From positions 112,709 to 176,708 of the forward strand of contig JAEUHW010000057.1 in assembly GCA_016793245.1 (NCBI GenBank): 64,000 bases of DNA, read 5' to 3'. Made by a program: the position numbers and the translations under genes. Numbering within the stretch: position 1 is the first letter of the stretch; every line of letters begins with the position of its first letter. The DNA is from Planctomycetota bacterium (lineage in GTDB: Bacteria > Planctomycetota > UBA1135 > JADKAF01). The notes beneath the pieces are model-generated. The model was given only the letters and a program-made list of their open reading frames with translations, was not told the DNA's origin and made no database searches. Positions 35,046 through 43,303 of this stretch are shown here, piece by piece.

Positions 35046-36694
35046 TCCCGGTCTTCCGCCCTGCCATCGGCGACGAGGAGATTCGCGCCGTCACCGAAGT
35101 CATGCGCTCCGGCTGGATCGGGCTCGGCCCGAAGACCGCCGAGTTCGAGAAGCGCTTCGCGGAGTGGGTCGGCGCTAAGCACGCGATCGGCGCCGCCTCC
35201 GGAACCGCGGCGCTCCACCTCGCGTTGGCGGCGCTCCGCATCGGCCCTGGCGACGAAGTCCTCGTGCCGACGGTGACCTTCGTCTCGACGGCGCACGTGG
35301 TCGAGTACGTGGGCGCGAAGCCGGTCTTCGTCGACGTCCACGAGGACACGCTCTGCATGGACGTGGCCGACGCGGAGAGCAAGATCACCGAGCGCACGAA
35401 GGCGATCATGCCCGTGCACTACGGGGGACGCCCCTGCGATCTGGACCACATCCATCGCCTCTGCGAGAAGCACGGGCTCTACCTGGTCGAGGACGCCGCG
35501 CACGCCTGCGGTGCGCGCTGGCGCGATCGCTGGATCGGCGCGGATTCGCGTCCGTTCACGTGCTTCTCCTTCCACGCGGTGAAGAACCTCACCACGGGCG
35601 AAGGCGGCATGGTGACGACGGACGACGATGCCCTCGCGCGCGAGCTGCGCGAGCTGCGCTGGATGGGGATCACCAAGGACACCTGGGATCGCAGCACGAA
35701 CGCGCAGGTCTACGCCTGGCAGTACTGGGTGAAGTCGCTCGGATGGAAGGCGCACCTCTCGGACATCGCCGCGGCGATCGGCATCGTCCAGCTCTCCAAG
35801 CTGGAGCGCTTGAACGAGCGGCGCCGCGAGCTGATCGCGCGCTACGACGAGAAGCTGAAGGGCCTCGATTGGCTCCAGACCCCCTCGCCGGAGACGGGTC
35901 CGGGGAAGAGCTCCTGGCACATCTATCACGTGCGCACCGAGCGCCGCGACGAGCTGATCGCGCAGCTCAAGAAACACGACATCGCACCGGGTGTGCACTA
36001 CTACCCGGCGCATCTGCATCCCTACTACGCGTCGCGAGGCGATGCGCGTTGCCCGGTCGCCGAGCGGGTCTGGAAGAAGATCCTGACTCTGCCGCTCTTC
36101 CCCGACCTCACCGAGCAGCAGGTGGACGACATCTGCGCGGCCGTTCGCAGCTTCGCCTCCTACTTGGAGTGGAAGCGCTCGCGCCTGGAAGGGCACGGCG
36201 TCGTCCTGCGCGAGGTGGAGAGCACGGATCTCGACCGGCTGCGGAGCTGGCGCAACCATCCCGAGGGTCGGCGCTGGTTCTTCACGCATCAGGAGATCAG
36301 CGCGGACATGCAGCTCGCCTGGTTCAATCGCTACCTGCGGGCCGGCAACGAGCTGCTCTACGTGATCGAGACGCCCGAAGGGCTACCCGTCGGGACGATC
36401 GGTCTCTGCGGCATCGATCGCGAGCAAGGCACGGCCGAGCTGGGGCGCATGCTGATCGGCGAGTTCTCGGAGCGGCGGCGCGGCTGGGGACGCAAAGCCG
36501 TGCGCCTGCTCCTCGAGTACGCCTTCCGCACCGCCGGTCTCTCCCGCGTCTTCCTCGAGGTCCAGGAGGAGAACGAGGCCGCTCGCTCCCTCTACCGCGA
36601 GTGCGGCTTCGAAGAGGAGGGCGTCCTCCGCGCCTCCTACGTGGACGAGTCGGGACAGCGCCGCAACAAGGTGCTGATGGCCGCCTTGCGCTGA
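35042..36694 (+). CDS. DegT/DnrJ/EryC1-type sugar aminotransferase fused to a PseH-like GNAT N-acetyltransferase
   Basis: Starts at internal ATG 35042 of ORF 34865..36694. The aminotransferase part has GAASGTAALHLAL and FSFHAVKNLTTGEGG (PLP Lys). The C-terminal ~170 aa has VVLREVESTDLDRLRSWRNHPEGRRWFF...GWGRKAV...LYRECGFEEEG, a GNAT pattern. Confidence 0.85.
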   Translation: MIPVFRPAIGDEEIRAVTEVMRSGWIGLGPKTAEFEKRFAEWVGAKHAIGAASGTAALHLALAALRIGPGDEVLVPTVTFVSTAHVVEYVGAKPVFVDVHEDTLCMDVADAESKITERTKAIMPVHYGGRPCDLDHIHRLCEKHGLYLVEDAAHACGARWRDRWIGADSRPFTCFSFHAVKNLTTGEGGMVTTDDDALARELRELRWMGITKDTWDRSTNAQVYAWQYWVKSLGWKAHLSDIAAAIGIVQLSKLERLNERRRELIARYDEKLKGLDWLQTPSPETGPGKSSWHIYHVRTERRDELIAQLKKHDIAPGVHYYPAHLHPYYASRGDARCPVAERVWKKILTLPLFPDLTEQQVDDICAAVRSFASYLEWKRSRLEGHGVVLREVESTDLDRLRSWRNHPEGRRWFFTHQEISADMQLAWFNRYLRAGNELLYVIETPEGLPVGTIGLCGIDREQGTAELGRMLIGEFSERRRGWGRKAVRLLLEYAFRTAGLSRVFLEVQEENEAARSLYRECGFEEEGVLRASYVDESGQRRNKVLMAALR

Positions 36695-36884
36695 GGCGGG
36701 TCGGAAACTTCCTCCCGATCCGGGGGCGATCGGCGCCTACGCCGAGCGGCGCGTTTCCGCCTGCCGCCCCGACCGGCTAAGTTCCTCTTCCAAGGATCGG
36801 GAAGACATTCCGGTCGGTCCCGTCCCAGGGCGCCGTTCCGCCTCCCCCGCTCGGGGTGCTGCCCCCTCGACCCCAAAGCCCACG

Positions 36885-39329
36885 ATGTCGAACTCTCGCA
36901 CTTGGCTGCCCCTGGTGGGCGCCTCCGCCGTCCTCGGATTGGCGGCATTGATCTTCTTCGTCCTCCTCCAGGAAGACGCGGACAAAGGCGCTCCCGCGGC
37001 GCTCGGCCTCTCGCAGAGCCGGGAGGAGCGACAAGCGCCGCCCTCCGAGCTCCAGGCGCCGGCGGTCCAACGCGACACCGCGCGGCAGAACCCGCAGGTC
37101 CTGAGCGAGCTAGGAACCGAGGACGGCAGCGCGTTCCGCAACAAGGTGCGCTTCTTCGTCACCTCGCCGGACGGCGTCGATCGCCTCGCCGCCGTCAAGG
37201 TCGAGCTGCGCGAGGTGCCGATGCCGTTCGCGTTCGCCGCGGCCCTCGGCGGAGGCGGCGCTTTGGGTGGAGTGATCCAGACCGGGGTCACCGACGCCAG
37301 CGGCTCCTTCGCCTTCTTCGATGTGCCGAAGCGCGAGGTGAAGTACGAGATCCGCGCGTTCCACCCGGACTACGCGCCCGCCTCCCTGGAGCTGGCGGAG
37401 ATCCCCGCGCAAGGCGAGACGCCGGAGTACGAGCTGCGCATGCGCGAGGGCTTCCGCCTTCACGGGCGCGTCCTCGCGAAGGGCACCGAGGTCCCCATCG
37501 ACGAAGCACGGCTCATCGTGCGCCGCGCGAACAACATGGCCGTCCTGCTCGGAGCGAGCTCCTCGGAGCCCGCCGAAAACGACTTGGTCGTGAACAGCGA
37601 CGCCGGCGGCTACTTCGACGTCAAGAACGCTCCCGTGGGCTCGGTCGAGATCGTGGTGAAGGCCAAGGGCTACGCCGAGATTCGCGCGACCGAGCTGCTG
37701 GACGAGACCTTGCTCCCGAATCGCGAGAAGGAAGTCACCTTCCACCTGGGCGTGGGGGGCGAAGTGTCCGGCCGCGTGGAAACGCAGGACGGCGCTCCGC
37801 TGCCGGGCGCCGAGGTCGTCGCGCGCCGTACGGAGAACAACCAGACCTCCGTCGTCACCGGCAAGTCCGGAGCGGATGGCAAGTTCCGTCTCGAGGGCCT
37901 GATCGAGAGCGAGGAGTACTTCCTCTCGGGTCAGAAGTCGGGCTTCATCGCTGAAGGCCAGACCAAGGCGAAGTCCGGCGACCAGGAGATCGTGATCCGC
38001 ATGACGCAGTCGGGGCGCGTCGTCGGGAAGGCATTGCGCGCCTCGAGCTCACGGCCGCTGCGCCAGTTCACGGCGACGATCGTCTCCTACCGCGAGGTGC
38101 CGAAGGAAGCACCGCAGCCGCAGCTCTCGGCGGACCAGAAGGCGTCCGCGGCGAACGCCGGTGAAGCCGTGACGATCTCGGGTGACGAGCAGAGCGGCGC
38201 AGGTGGGAAGAGCCTCGGGTTCGGCACCGTGCTCGAAGGCCAGGAAGCGCCCGCAGCGGCCTCGGCGGCACCGGCCCGCAATCCCTACGCGATCTACGGC
38301 AACTCGCCCGTCATCTACACCGAGCTGCGGCAGACCCAGCGCATCATCGAATCGCGCGACGGGAGCTTCGAGCTCGACGGCGTAGTCGCCCAGGGCACCT
38401 ACGTCGTGCGCATCGAAGCCTCCGGTCTGGCTCCTGCCGTGAGCCAGCCCTTCCAGTGCGAGAAGGGCGTCACCGTCAACGTAGGCGACATCCTGCTCGA
38501 TGCGGGCGGCGTGCTCGAAGGCACGGTCATCGACTCGCTGGGCGCGCCGGTCGCGAAGGCCCTCGTCAGCGTGAATTGCGCGGGCGCCGACCCCACCCAG
38601 AATCCCATCAACAAGATCCTGGGCCCCATCGGCCCGCAGCCGCTGCAGCGCAAGTCCGCGGTGACGGACGAGCAAGGGCGCTACCGCGTGGAGATGCTGA
38701 TCCCCACGCCGTCCGCGAACTTGGTCGTCACCAAGCTCGGCTTCGCCGACGGAGATCCGGTCGAGACGCCGGTGCTCGCCGGCCAGACCACCTCGATGCC
38801 GCCCATCATCCTGAAGTCGGGCGGGGGCATCTTCGGCGTGGTCCTGAAGGACGGAGTCGCCCCGATGTCCGGCATGAAGGTGAGCATTCGTCCTTCGGAG
38901 CAGCAAGGTGGCTCGCGCTTCTTCTCTCGTGACACCGTCACGGGCCACGACGGCAAGTTCGAGTTCGCGGGCATCCCCGCCGGCAAGTACAAGATCCACA
39001 CCGTCTCCAGCAACATGGACGGCGTGAACCCGTTCGGCACGATCATCCAGATCCGCCAGACCGAGCAAGAAGTCGAGGTCGAGGATGCGATGCGCCGTGA
39101 AGTGACCCTCAGCGTCCCCACGACGCCTGCCGTGCCGGGCGTGATGCCCACCTTCCCCCCGCCGGGTCAGGTGCCGGGTGCGCAAGGAGACAACAGCGCG
39201 GCTGCGGCCGAGAAGCTGCAGGCGCAGAACGAAGCGGAAGCTGCCCGCTTGAAGAAGAAGATGCAGGAGACTCAGCGCTCCGACGACGGGAGCAGCGGGG
39301 ACGGCACCGGGAGTGACGGCGGCGGCTAA
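36885..39329 (+). CDS. membrane-anchored protein with multiple CarboxypepD_reg-like beta-sandwich repeats (814 aa)
   Basis: N-terminal TM anchor (WLPLVGASAVLGLAALIFFVLL). Repeated G-x-V-x-D/x-G-x-P...T-D-x-x-G-x-F/Y pattern, for example GRVETQDGAPLPGAEVVARR...GKSGADGKFRLEGL and DTVTGHDGKFEFAGIPAGKYKI. Confidence 0.75.
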   Translation: MSNSRTWLPLVGASAVLGLAALIFFVLLQEDADKGAPAALGLSQSREERQAPPSELQAPAVQRDTARQNPQVLSELGTEDGSAFRNKVRFFVTSPDGVDRLAAVKVELREVPMPFAFAAALGGGGALGGVIQTGVTDASGSFAFFDVPKREVKYEIRAFHPDYAPASLELAEIPAQGETPEYELRMREGFRLHGRVLAKGTEVPIDEARLIVRRANNMAVLLGASSSEPAENDLVVNSDAGGYFDVKNAPVGSVEIVVKAKGYAEIRATELLDETLLPNREKEVTFHLGVGGEVSGRVETQDGAPLPGAEVVARRTENNQTSVVTGKSGADGKFRLEGLIESEEYFLSGQKSGFIAEGQTKAKSGDQEIVIRMTQSGRVVGKALRASSSRPLRQFTATIVSYREVPKEAPQPQLSADQKASAANAGEAVTISGDEQSGAGGKSLGFGTVLEGQEAPAAASAAPARNPYAIYGNSPVIYTELRQTQRIIESRDGSFELDGVVAQGTYVVRIEASGLAPAVSQPFQCEKGVTVNVGDILLDAGGVLEGTVIDSLGAPVAKALVSVNCAGADPTQNPINKILGPIGPQPLQRKSAVTDEQGRYRVEMLIPTPSANLVVTKLGFADGDPVETPVLAGQTTSMPPIILKSGGGIFGVVLKDGVAPMSGMKVSIRPSEQQGGSRFFSRDTVTGHDGKFEFAGIPAGKYKIHTVSSNMDGVNPFGTIIQIRQTEQEVEVEDAMRREVTLSVPTTPAVPGVMPTFPPPGQVPGAQGDNSAAAAEKLQAQNEAEAARLKKKMQETQRSDDGSSGDGTGSDGGG

Positions 39330-39390
39330 GCCGGCGCCCGTGGTGAGCGGGGTGCGAGCCGCACGGCGGCCTCGCGCCGCGGCGGGAGAA

Positions 39391-39447
39391 GCAGAGCTCC
39401 GAGCCCTCGACGGGTGCGACCCGTCGGTGGCTCGGAGCTCTGCATTT
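39391..39447 (+). terminator. strong intrinsic-terminator-like hairpin
   Basis: gcagagctccgagcc-ct-cgacgggt-gcg-acccgtcg-gt-ggctcggagctctgc forms 23 bp of stem with one 2x2 internal loop, followed by ATTT. It lies 62 nt after the stop at 39329. Confidence 0.6.
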
Positions 39448-39671
39448 GGGGCCTCGTCAGCGGCACCGGCTGCGCCGATCGATCGCCGAGGCAGAGCCAG
39501 TACGCCTGTGGCCAAGCCCGGGTCCGCCCCCCCGCATCGCGGCCCCTCGAGCTTCGAGCGCGCCGGGAGAACCCCGCAACCGGCTACGAAGTTGGCTCGA
39601 GCCCCGCGATCTCGTACCTTCTCGGGGCAAGGGCGTCGAAGGGTCGCGCCCCCGCCAAGAAGCGCAGCTCG

Positions 39672-40412
39672 ATGCGGAAACCCGAACATCGCCTGGAGAC
39701 GGAACGGCGCGCGCTGGAACGCGCGCTCTCGCGCCTCTCGAGCCTCCAAGTGGAACTCGCGTTCCACCGGGCGAGGGATCCCCTGGTGCGCTACCGCGCC
39801 TTTCGCAGCGGACGGTTGGAGCTGCGCATGCACGAGGCTCTGTCCAGCGCCCCGAGCGAAGTGCTGCACTCGCTGGTGGACTGGGTCCTGAAGCGCGGCG
39901 ATCGGGGCGAACGCCTGGATCGGCACCTCGATTCGCTCGCGGTGGAGCTGCGTCGCGACACGGCTCCACCGCCGATCCTCCTGCGCGGTGAAGTCCACGA
40001 TCTCGGCGAGATCAGTGGTGAAGTGCTGGAGCGGCACTTCACTCCGGGCCGCGCCCCGGCGCGCTCACCCCTCACTCTGCTCGCGCCGCGCCCTTCGTCC
40101 GCGATCACCTGGGGACCGCGCCGCACCGCTTCGGCGAAGGCGCGGAAGTCGATCCTCTTCGGGTCCTATGATCCCGTGCTCGACCTCGTGCGCGTGCATC
40201 CGCGCCTCGACCGCGGCGATGTGCCGAGGCGCTTCGTGGCCTTCGTGCTGTTCCACGAGCTGCTGCATGCGGCGATCCCGGCCCAGCGCGCGCCGAGCGG
40301 ACGCGTGGTTCATCACACGCCGACCTTTCGCCGCTACGAGCGCAACCACCCGGATTGGGAGTGGGCGGAGTCGTGGGAGCGCGAGAACATCCGCCGTTTG
40401 GCGAGCTCCTGA
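39672..40412 (+). CDS. SprT/DUF45-like HExxH metal-dependent hydrolase
   Basis: Starts at internal ATG 39672 of ORF 39414..40412. Motif FVAFVLFHELLHAAIP...HHTPTFRRYERNHPDW. Confidence 0.65.
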   Translation: MRKPEHRLETERRALERALSRLSSLQVELAFHRARDPLVRYRAFRSGRLELRMHEALSSAPSEVLHSLVDWVLKRGDRGERLDRHLDSLAVELRRDTAPPPILLRGEVHDLGEISGEVLERHFTPGRAPARSPLTLLAPRPSSAITWGPRRTASAKARKSILFGSYDPVLDLVRVHPRLDRGDVPRRFVAFVLFHELLHAAIPAQRAPSGRVVHHTPTFRRYERNHPDWEWAESWERENIRRLASS

Positions 40413-40443
40413 GCACCGCGCACTGCGGCTCCGGAGCTCCGGC

Positions 40444-41538
40444 TCAGGAGAGCTGCTCCCAGAACTCCTTCGGCATGTCGTGAGCGATCTTCAGCGCGCC
40501 GTTGGCTCCGCCGTACATCGGCTCCTCGGTGCGGATCACGCGCCCTCCACCTAGGCGAGTACGCATGTCTTGCTCAAGGGCGCGATCGAGCCCTTGGATC
40601 TGAGATCCGCCGCCCGCGAGCAGCACGCGGTTCCGCAGGCGATCCTGGAACTCCGGATCGAAGCTGCGCACGAGCGAGTGGATCGACTCCACCATCGGCG
40701 GGACGATCGACCGGCACGCCTTGCGCATGGCCTCCGTGATGTCGAAGGTCGTCGGCTTGCCGTCGACGGGCAGCTCCATCTCGATCCGATCCGCCGCATC
40801 ACCGACGAAGGAGTACTTCTCCTTCATGCGCTTCACCATGGGGCGCGAGAACGCAGCACCCGGGCACGCCTCGGCGAGATGGCGCTCGAGCTGCTCGTCG
40901 ATGTAGTCCCCTGCCGTGGGCAGCGTGATCTGGTCGCCCTCTTCCGGCATGGTGCCGTGCATGCGGCAGAGGTCGGTCGTTCCGGCGCCGATGTCGATCA
41001 CCAGCACGTCTTCGAGCCAATCCATGCCGTAGGCCACGGAGAAAGGCTGCGAGCAGAGCATCACCGCGTCCATCACTTCGCGGGCCGCTTCGATGATCGC
41101 CTTCTGATTGTGGATGCTGGCCTGCGCCGGTGCGCCGATCACGCCGTAGATCAGCTCGTCGGGGCGCGGCTGAGCCAAGCTCACGGCATGCCGAATGAGC
41201 GCGCGAGCCGCTTCCAAGTTCTCCTTGGCCTCGGGCGAGGTGAACTCGCCCTTCTCCGAGCCCTTGATGACCCCGCGCTCGAGCGGTCGGAACATCTTCA
41301 GCGAGAGCCGCTTCTCGAGTGCCTCTTCCCCGAAGAGGACATCACGCTTCAAGAGCTTCCGAGCCACATGGTCCTTCGGATAGCCGACGAGACTCGCGAC
41401 CGTGGCGCGCACGCCATTGGATGCGGAGATCGAGGTACGCGAAGTACCGAGGTCCACGCCGATGTAGAGCACCCCGTGCTCCTTCGACTTCTCCACGTTT
41501 GCTTCACCAGAGCCTGCCGGCCCTTGATTGCTGCCCAT
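40444..41538 (-). CDS. MamK-like bacterial actin (364 aa)
   Basis: Full track ORF. IGVDLGTSRT, LVGYPKD, VIGAPAQAS, SQPFSVAYG, VIDIGAGTTDLC, KEKYSFVG, LLAGGGSQIQGL and C-terminal PKEFWEQL are collinear with MamK as I recall it, and clearly closer to MamK than to MreB, FtsA or ParM. Confidence 0.85.
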   Translation of the reverse strand: MGSNQGPAGSGEANVEKSKEHGVLYIGVDLGTSRTSISASNGVRATVASLVGYPKDHVARKLLKRDVLFGEEALEKRLSLKMFRPLERGVIKGSEKGEFTSPEAKENLEAARALIRHAVSLAQPRPDELIYGVIGAPAQASIHNQKAIIEAAREVMDAVMLCSQPFSVAYGMDWLEDVLVIDIGAGTTDLCRMHGTMPEEGDQITLPTAGDYIDEQLERHLAEACPGAAFSRPMVKRMKEKYSFVGDAADRIEMELPVDGKPTTFDITEAMRKACRSIVPPMVESIHSLVRSFDPEFQDRLRNRVLLAGGGSQIQGLDRALEQDMRTRLGGGRVIRTEEPMYGGANGALKIAHDMPKEFWEQLS

Positions 41539-41554
41539 CTCGATCGCTCCTGGC

Positions 41555-42346
41555 CTACTCGGCCCCCTTCTGGATCTTCAGGTTGGCCTGGAAGATCACG
41601 TCCATCAAACCCTGCTTCTTCTTGAACTGCCCTGAGCTCTGGTCGAGCCCCTGGACACCTCGGTAGATCGAGGCGATGCCCGGCTCGACCTGGGCTCCCG
41701 ACAGGGTGCGGCTCAACTCGTCCTCGGCCTGCGCGAGGCGACTCTTGAGCTTCGCCATGCGGCGCTCGAGCTGCGCGATCTGCTCCCCTGCCGCGGGATC
41801 GACCTCGCGCACGACCTCGCGTTGGCGCTCCACGTAGCCGGAGACGAAGGCGATCAAGCGCGCGCTCAAGCGCTCGCTCTTCGCTCGATCCGCCTCGCCC
41901 AGAGCCTCGCTCACCAGGCGCTGCAGCCCCTGGTTCAGATCCTCGGGAGAAGCACCCATGGCGCCCGCGCGCACATCGCGCTGCGCCATCTCGAGCTCTT
42001 GGCCCGCGCGCTGCAATTCGAGCCGGAGCTCATCCACCCGGCGCTGGGAGAGCGCTGCTTCCTGCATCGTGCGCTCGCGCACGTGGGTGAGTTCGCGCAC
42101 TTCGCGCGTCAGCCGATCGAGCTCCTCGCGCGCCTCGGCGACGATGAACTCGCGCTCGCGCTCTTCGAGCTCGATGCGCCGAGACTCGATCACTCGATCG
42201 ACGGCGTCCTCGACGAGGCGCGCGATCTGATCCATGCCGATCACGCGCACCTTGCCGACACCGGCGCTCTTCAGCTTGTCGACCGAGGTCGTGCGGAAGA
42301 ACGCTGCGAGCTCGCCCCAGAGCGAGCGCCGATCCGCTCCGCTCAC
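41555..42346 (-). CDS. coiled-coil protein (263 aa)
   Basis: GTG 42346 overlaps the upstream stop (GTGA). Long Glu/Arg/Leu heptad-like stretches (ELEEREREFIVAEAREELDRLTREVRELTH..., QIAQLERRMAKLKSRLAQAEDEL). Confidence 0.7.
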   Translation of the reverse strand: MSGADRRSLWGELAAFFRTTSVDKLKSAGVGKVRVIGMDQIARLVEDAVDRVIESRRIELEEREREFIVAEAREELDRLTREVRELTHVRERTMQEAALSQRRVDELRLELQRAGQELEMAQRDVRAGAMGASPEDLNQGLQRLVSEALGEADRAKSERLSARLIAFVSGYVERQREVVREVDPAAGEQIAQLERRMAKLKSRLAQAEDELSRTLSGAQVEPGIASIYRGVQGLDQSSGQFKKKQGLMDVIFQANLKIQKGAE

Positions 42347-43104
42347 GCCCCGGATCCCGCCAGGTAGGAGCCTTGGTAGCCGACGCGGCGTCGTTCGGCC
42401 CGCGCTCCGACGAGGAAGATCCCGAGCAGATTCGCGCCGACGTTGCGGATCATCTCGATGGCGCGCTCCACGTCGCGCCGCGGCGTGTACTCCAGTCGCA
42501 CGACGAGCAACACGCCGTCGACGGCATGCGCCAGCACCGTCGCATCCGTGAGGTCCAGCACGGGCGGCGCGTCGATCAAGACGTAGTTGAAGTTCTCCTT
42601 CAAGGCGCTGATCAACACCGCGGCGCGGTCGGCAGCCACGAGCTCGGCGGGGTTGCTCGGAGTGGCTCCGGCTCCGATCAGGCTCAGATTGGGATGCGGA
42701 GTGCGCTGGATCGCGCGATCGGGCGCGTAACGCCCCGAGAGCACGTCCGCGAGTCCGCGACGGCGCTCCAGGCCGAGGAGCCGCTCCAAGGACGGGCGGC
42801 GGAGATCCGCGTCGAGCGCGATGACGCGCGTGTCGCGGAGCTCCCCCAACGCCATGCCCAGGTTCAAGCTGGTGATGCTCTTGCCCTCGCCGGCCATCGC
42901 CGAGGTTAGGACGACGCTGCGCGGCGCGCGCTCGCGGTTCATCGCCACGATCTGATTGCGCAGGCCGCGGTACTGCTCCGCCTCCTGGCTGTGGGGATCG
43001 TGGAACATCACGAGATGCGGATCCACGGCCTGATCGACGACGACCACGACGTCGTGGCCCTCGGGCTCGGCAGCAGCTTCGGCTTCGCGTCGGAAGAGGC
43101 CCAT
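42343..43104 (-). CDS. CpsD/CapB-type BY-kinase-like (MinD/ParA superfamily) ATPase, cytoplasmic module only
   Basis: PHSQEAEQYRGLRNQIV, Walker A TSAMAGEGKS, A' VIALDADLRRP, Walker B YVLIDAPPV, and a short C-terminal Tyr pair (VGYQGSYLAG). No transmembrane activator domain is present. Confidence 0.85.
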   Translation of the reverse strand: MGLFRREAEAAAEPEGHDVVVVVDQAVDPHLVMFHDPHSQEAEQYRGLRNQIVAMNRERAPRSVVLTSAMAGEGKSITSLNLGMALGELRDTRVIALDADLRRPSLERLLGLERRRGLADVLSGRYAPDRAIQRTPHPNLSLIGAGATPSNPAELVAADRAAVLISALKENFNYVLIDAPPVLDLTDATVLAHAVDGVLLVVRLEYTPRRDVERAIEMIRNVGANLLGIFLVGARAERRRVGYQGSYLAGSGA

Positions 43105-43303
43105 CGGGTGAGAGCTACGAGAACACAGGGAGCGAGGAAGGGAGTTCCAGCGGGACTATCGGCGCGCCATCCGCAGACTCCGTAGCTCATGCGGATGCGG
43201 AGGAAGGTCCCGCGCGATCGACAGAGTCCTCTGGCGCGGCGCAGCGGACGCGCAGGGGCGAGGCCTCGTGAGTTTGCGCCGTTTCCCGCCCCTTGGCGAA
43301 GCT

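Noticed and set aside
38049-40037. 662-aa minus-strand ORF
   Set aside because: It is antisense to the CarboxypepD_reg-repeat gene, spans the strong terminator hairpin at 39391-39443 and also covers the SprT-like gene. It is a shadow frame.
40444-41538. Magnetosome gene island, inferred from the MamK-like actin
   Set aside because: No mamA/B/E/I/M/O/P/Q or mms/mad-like genes flank it. A single MamK-family actin does not support magnetosome formation.
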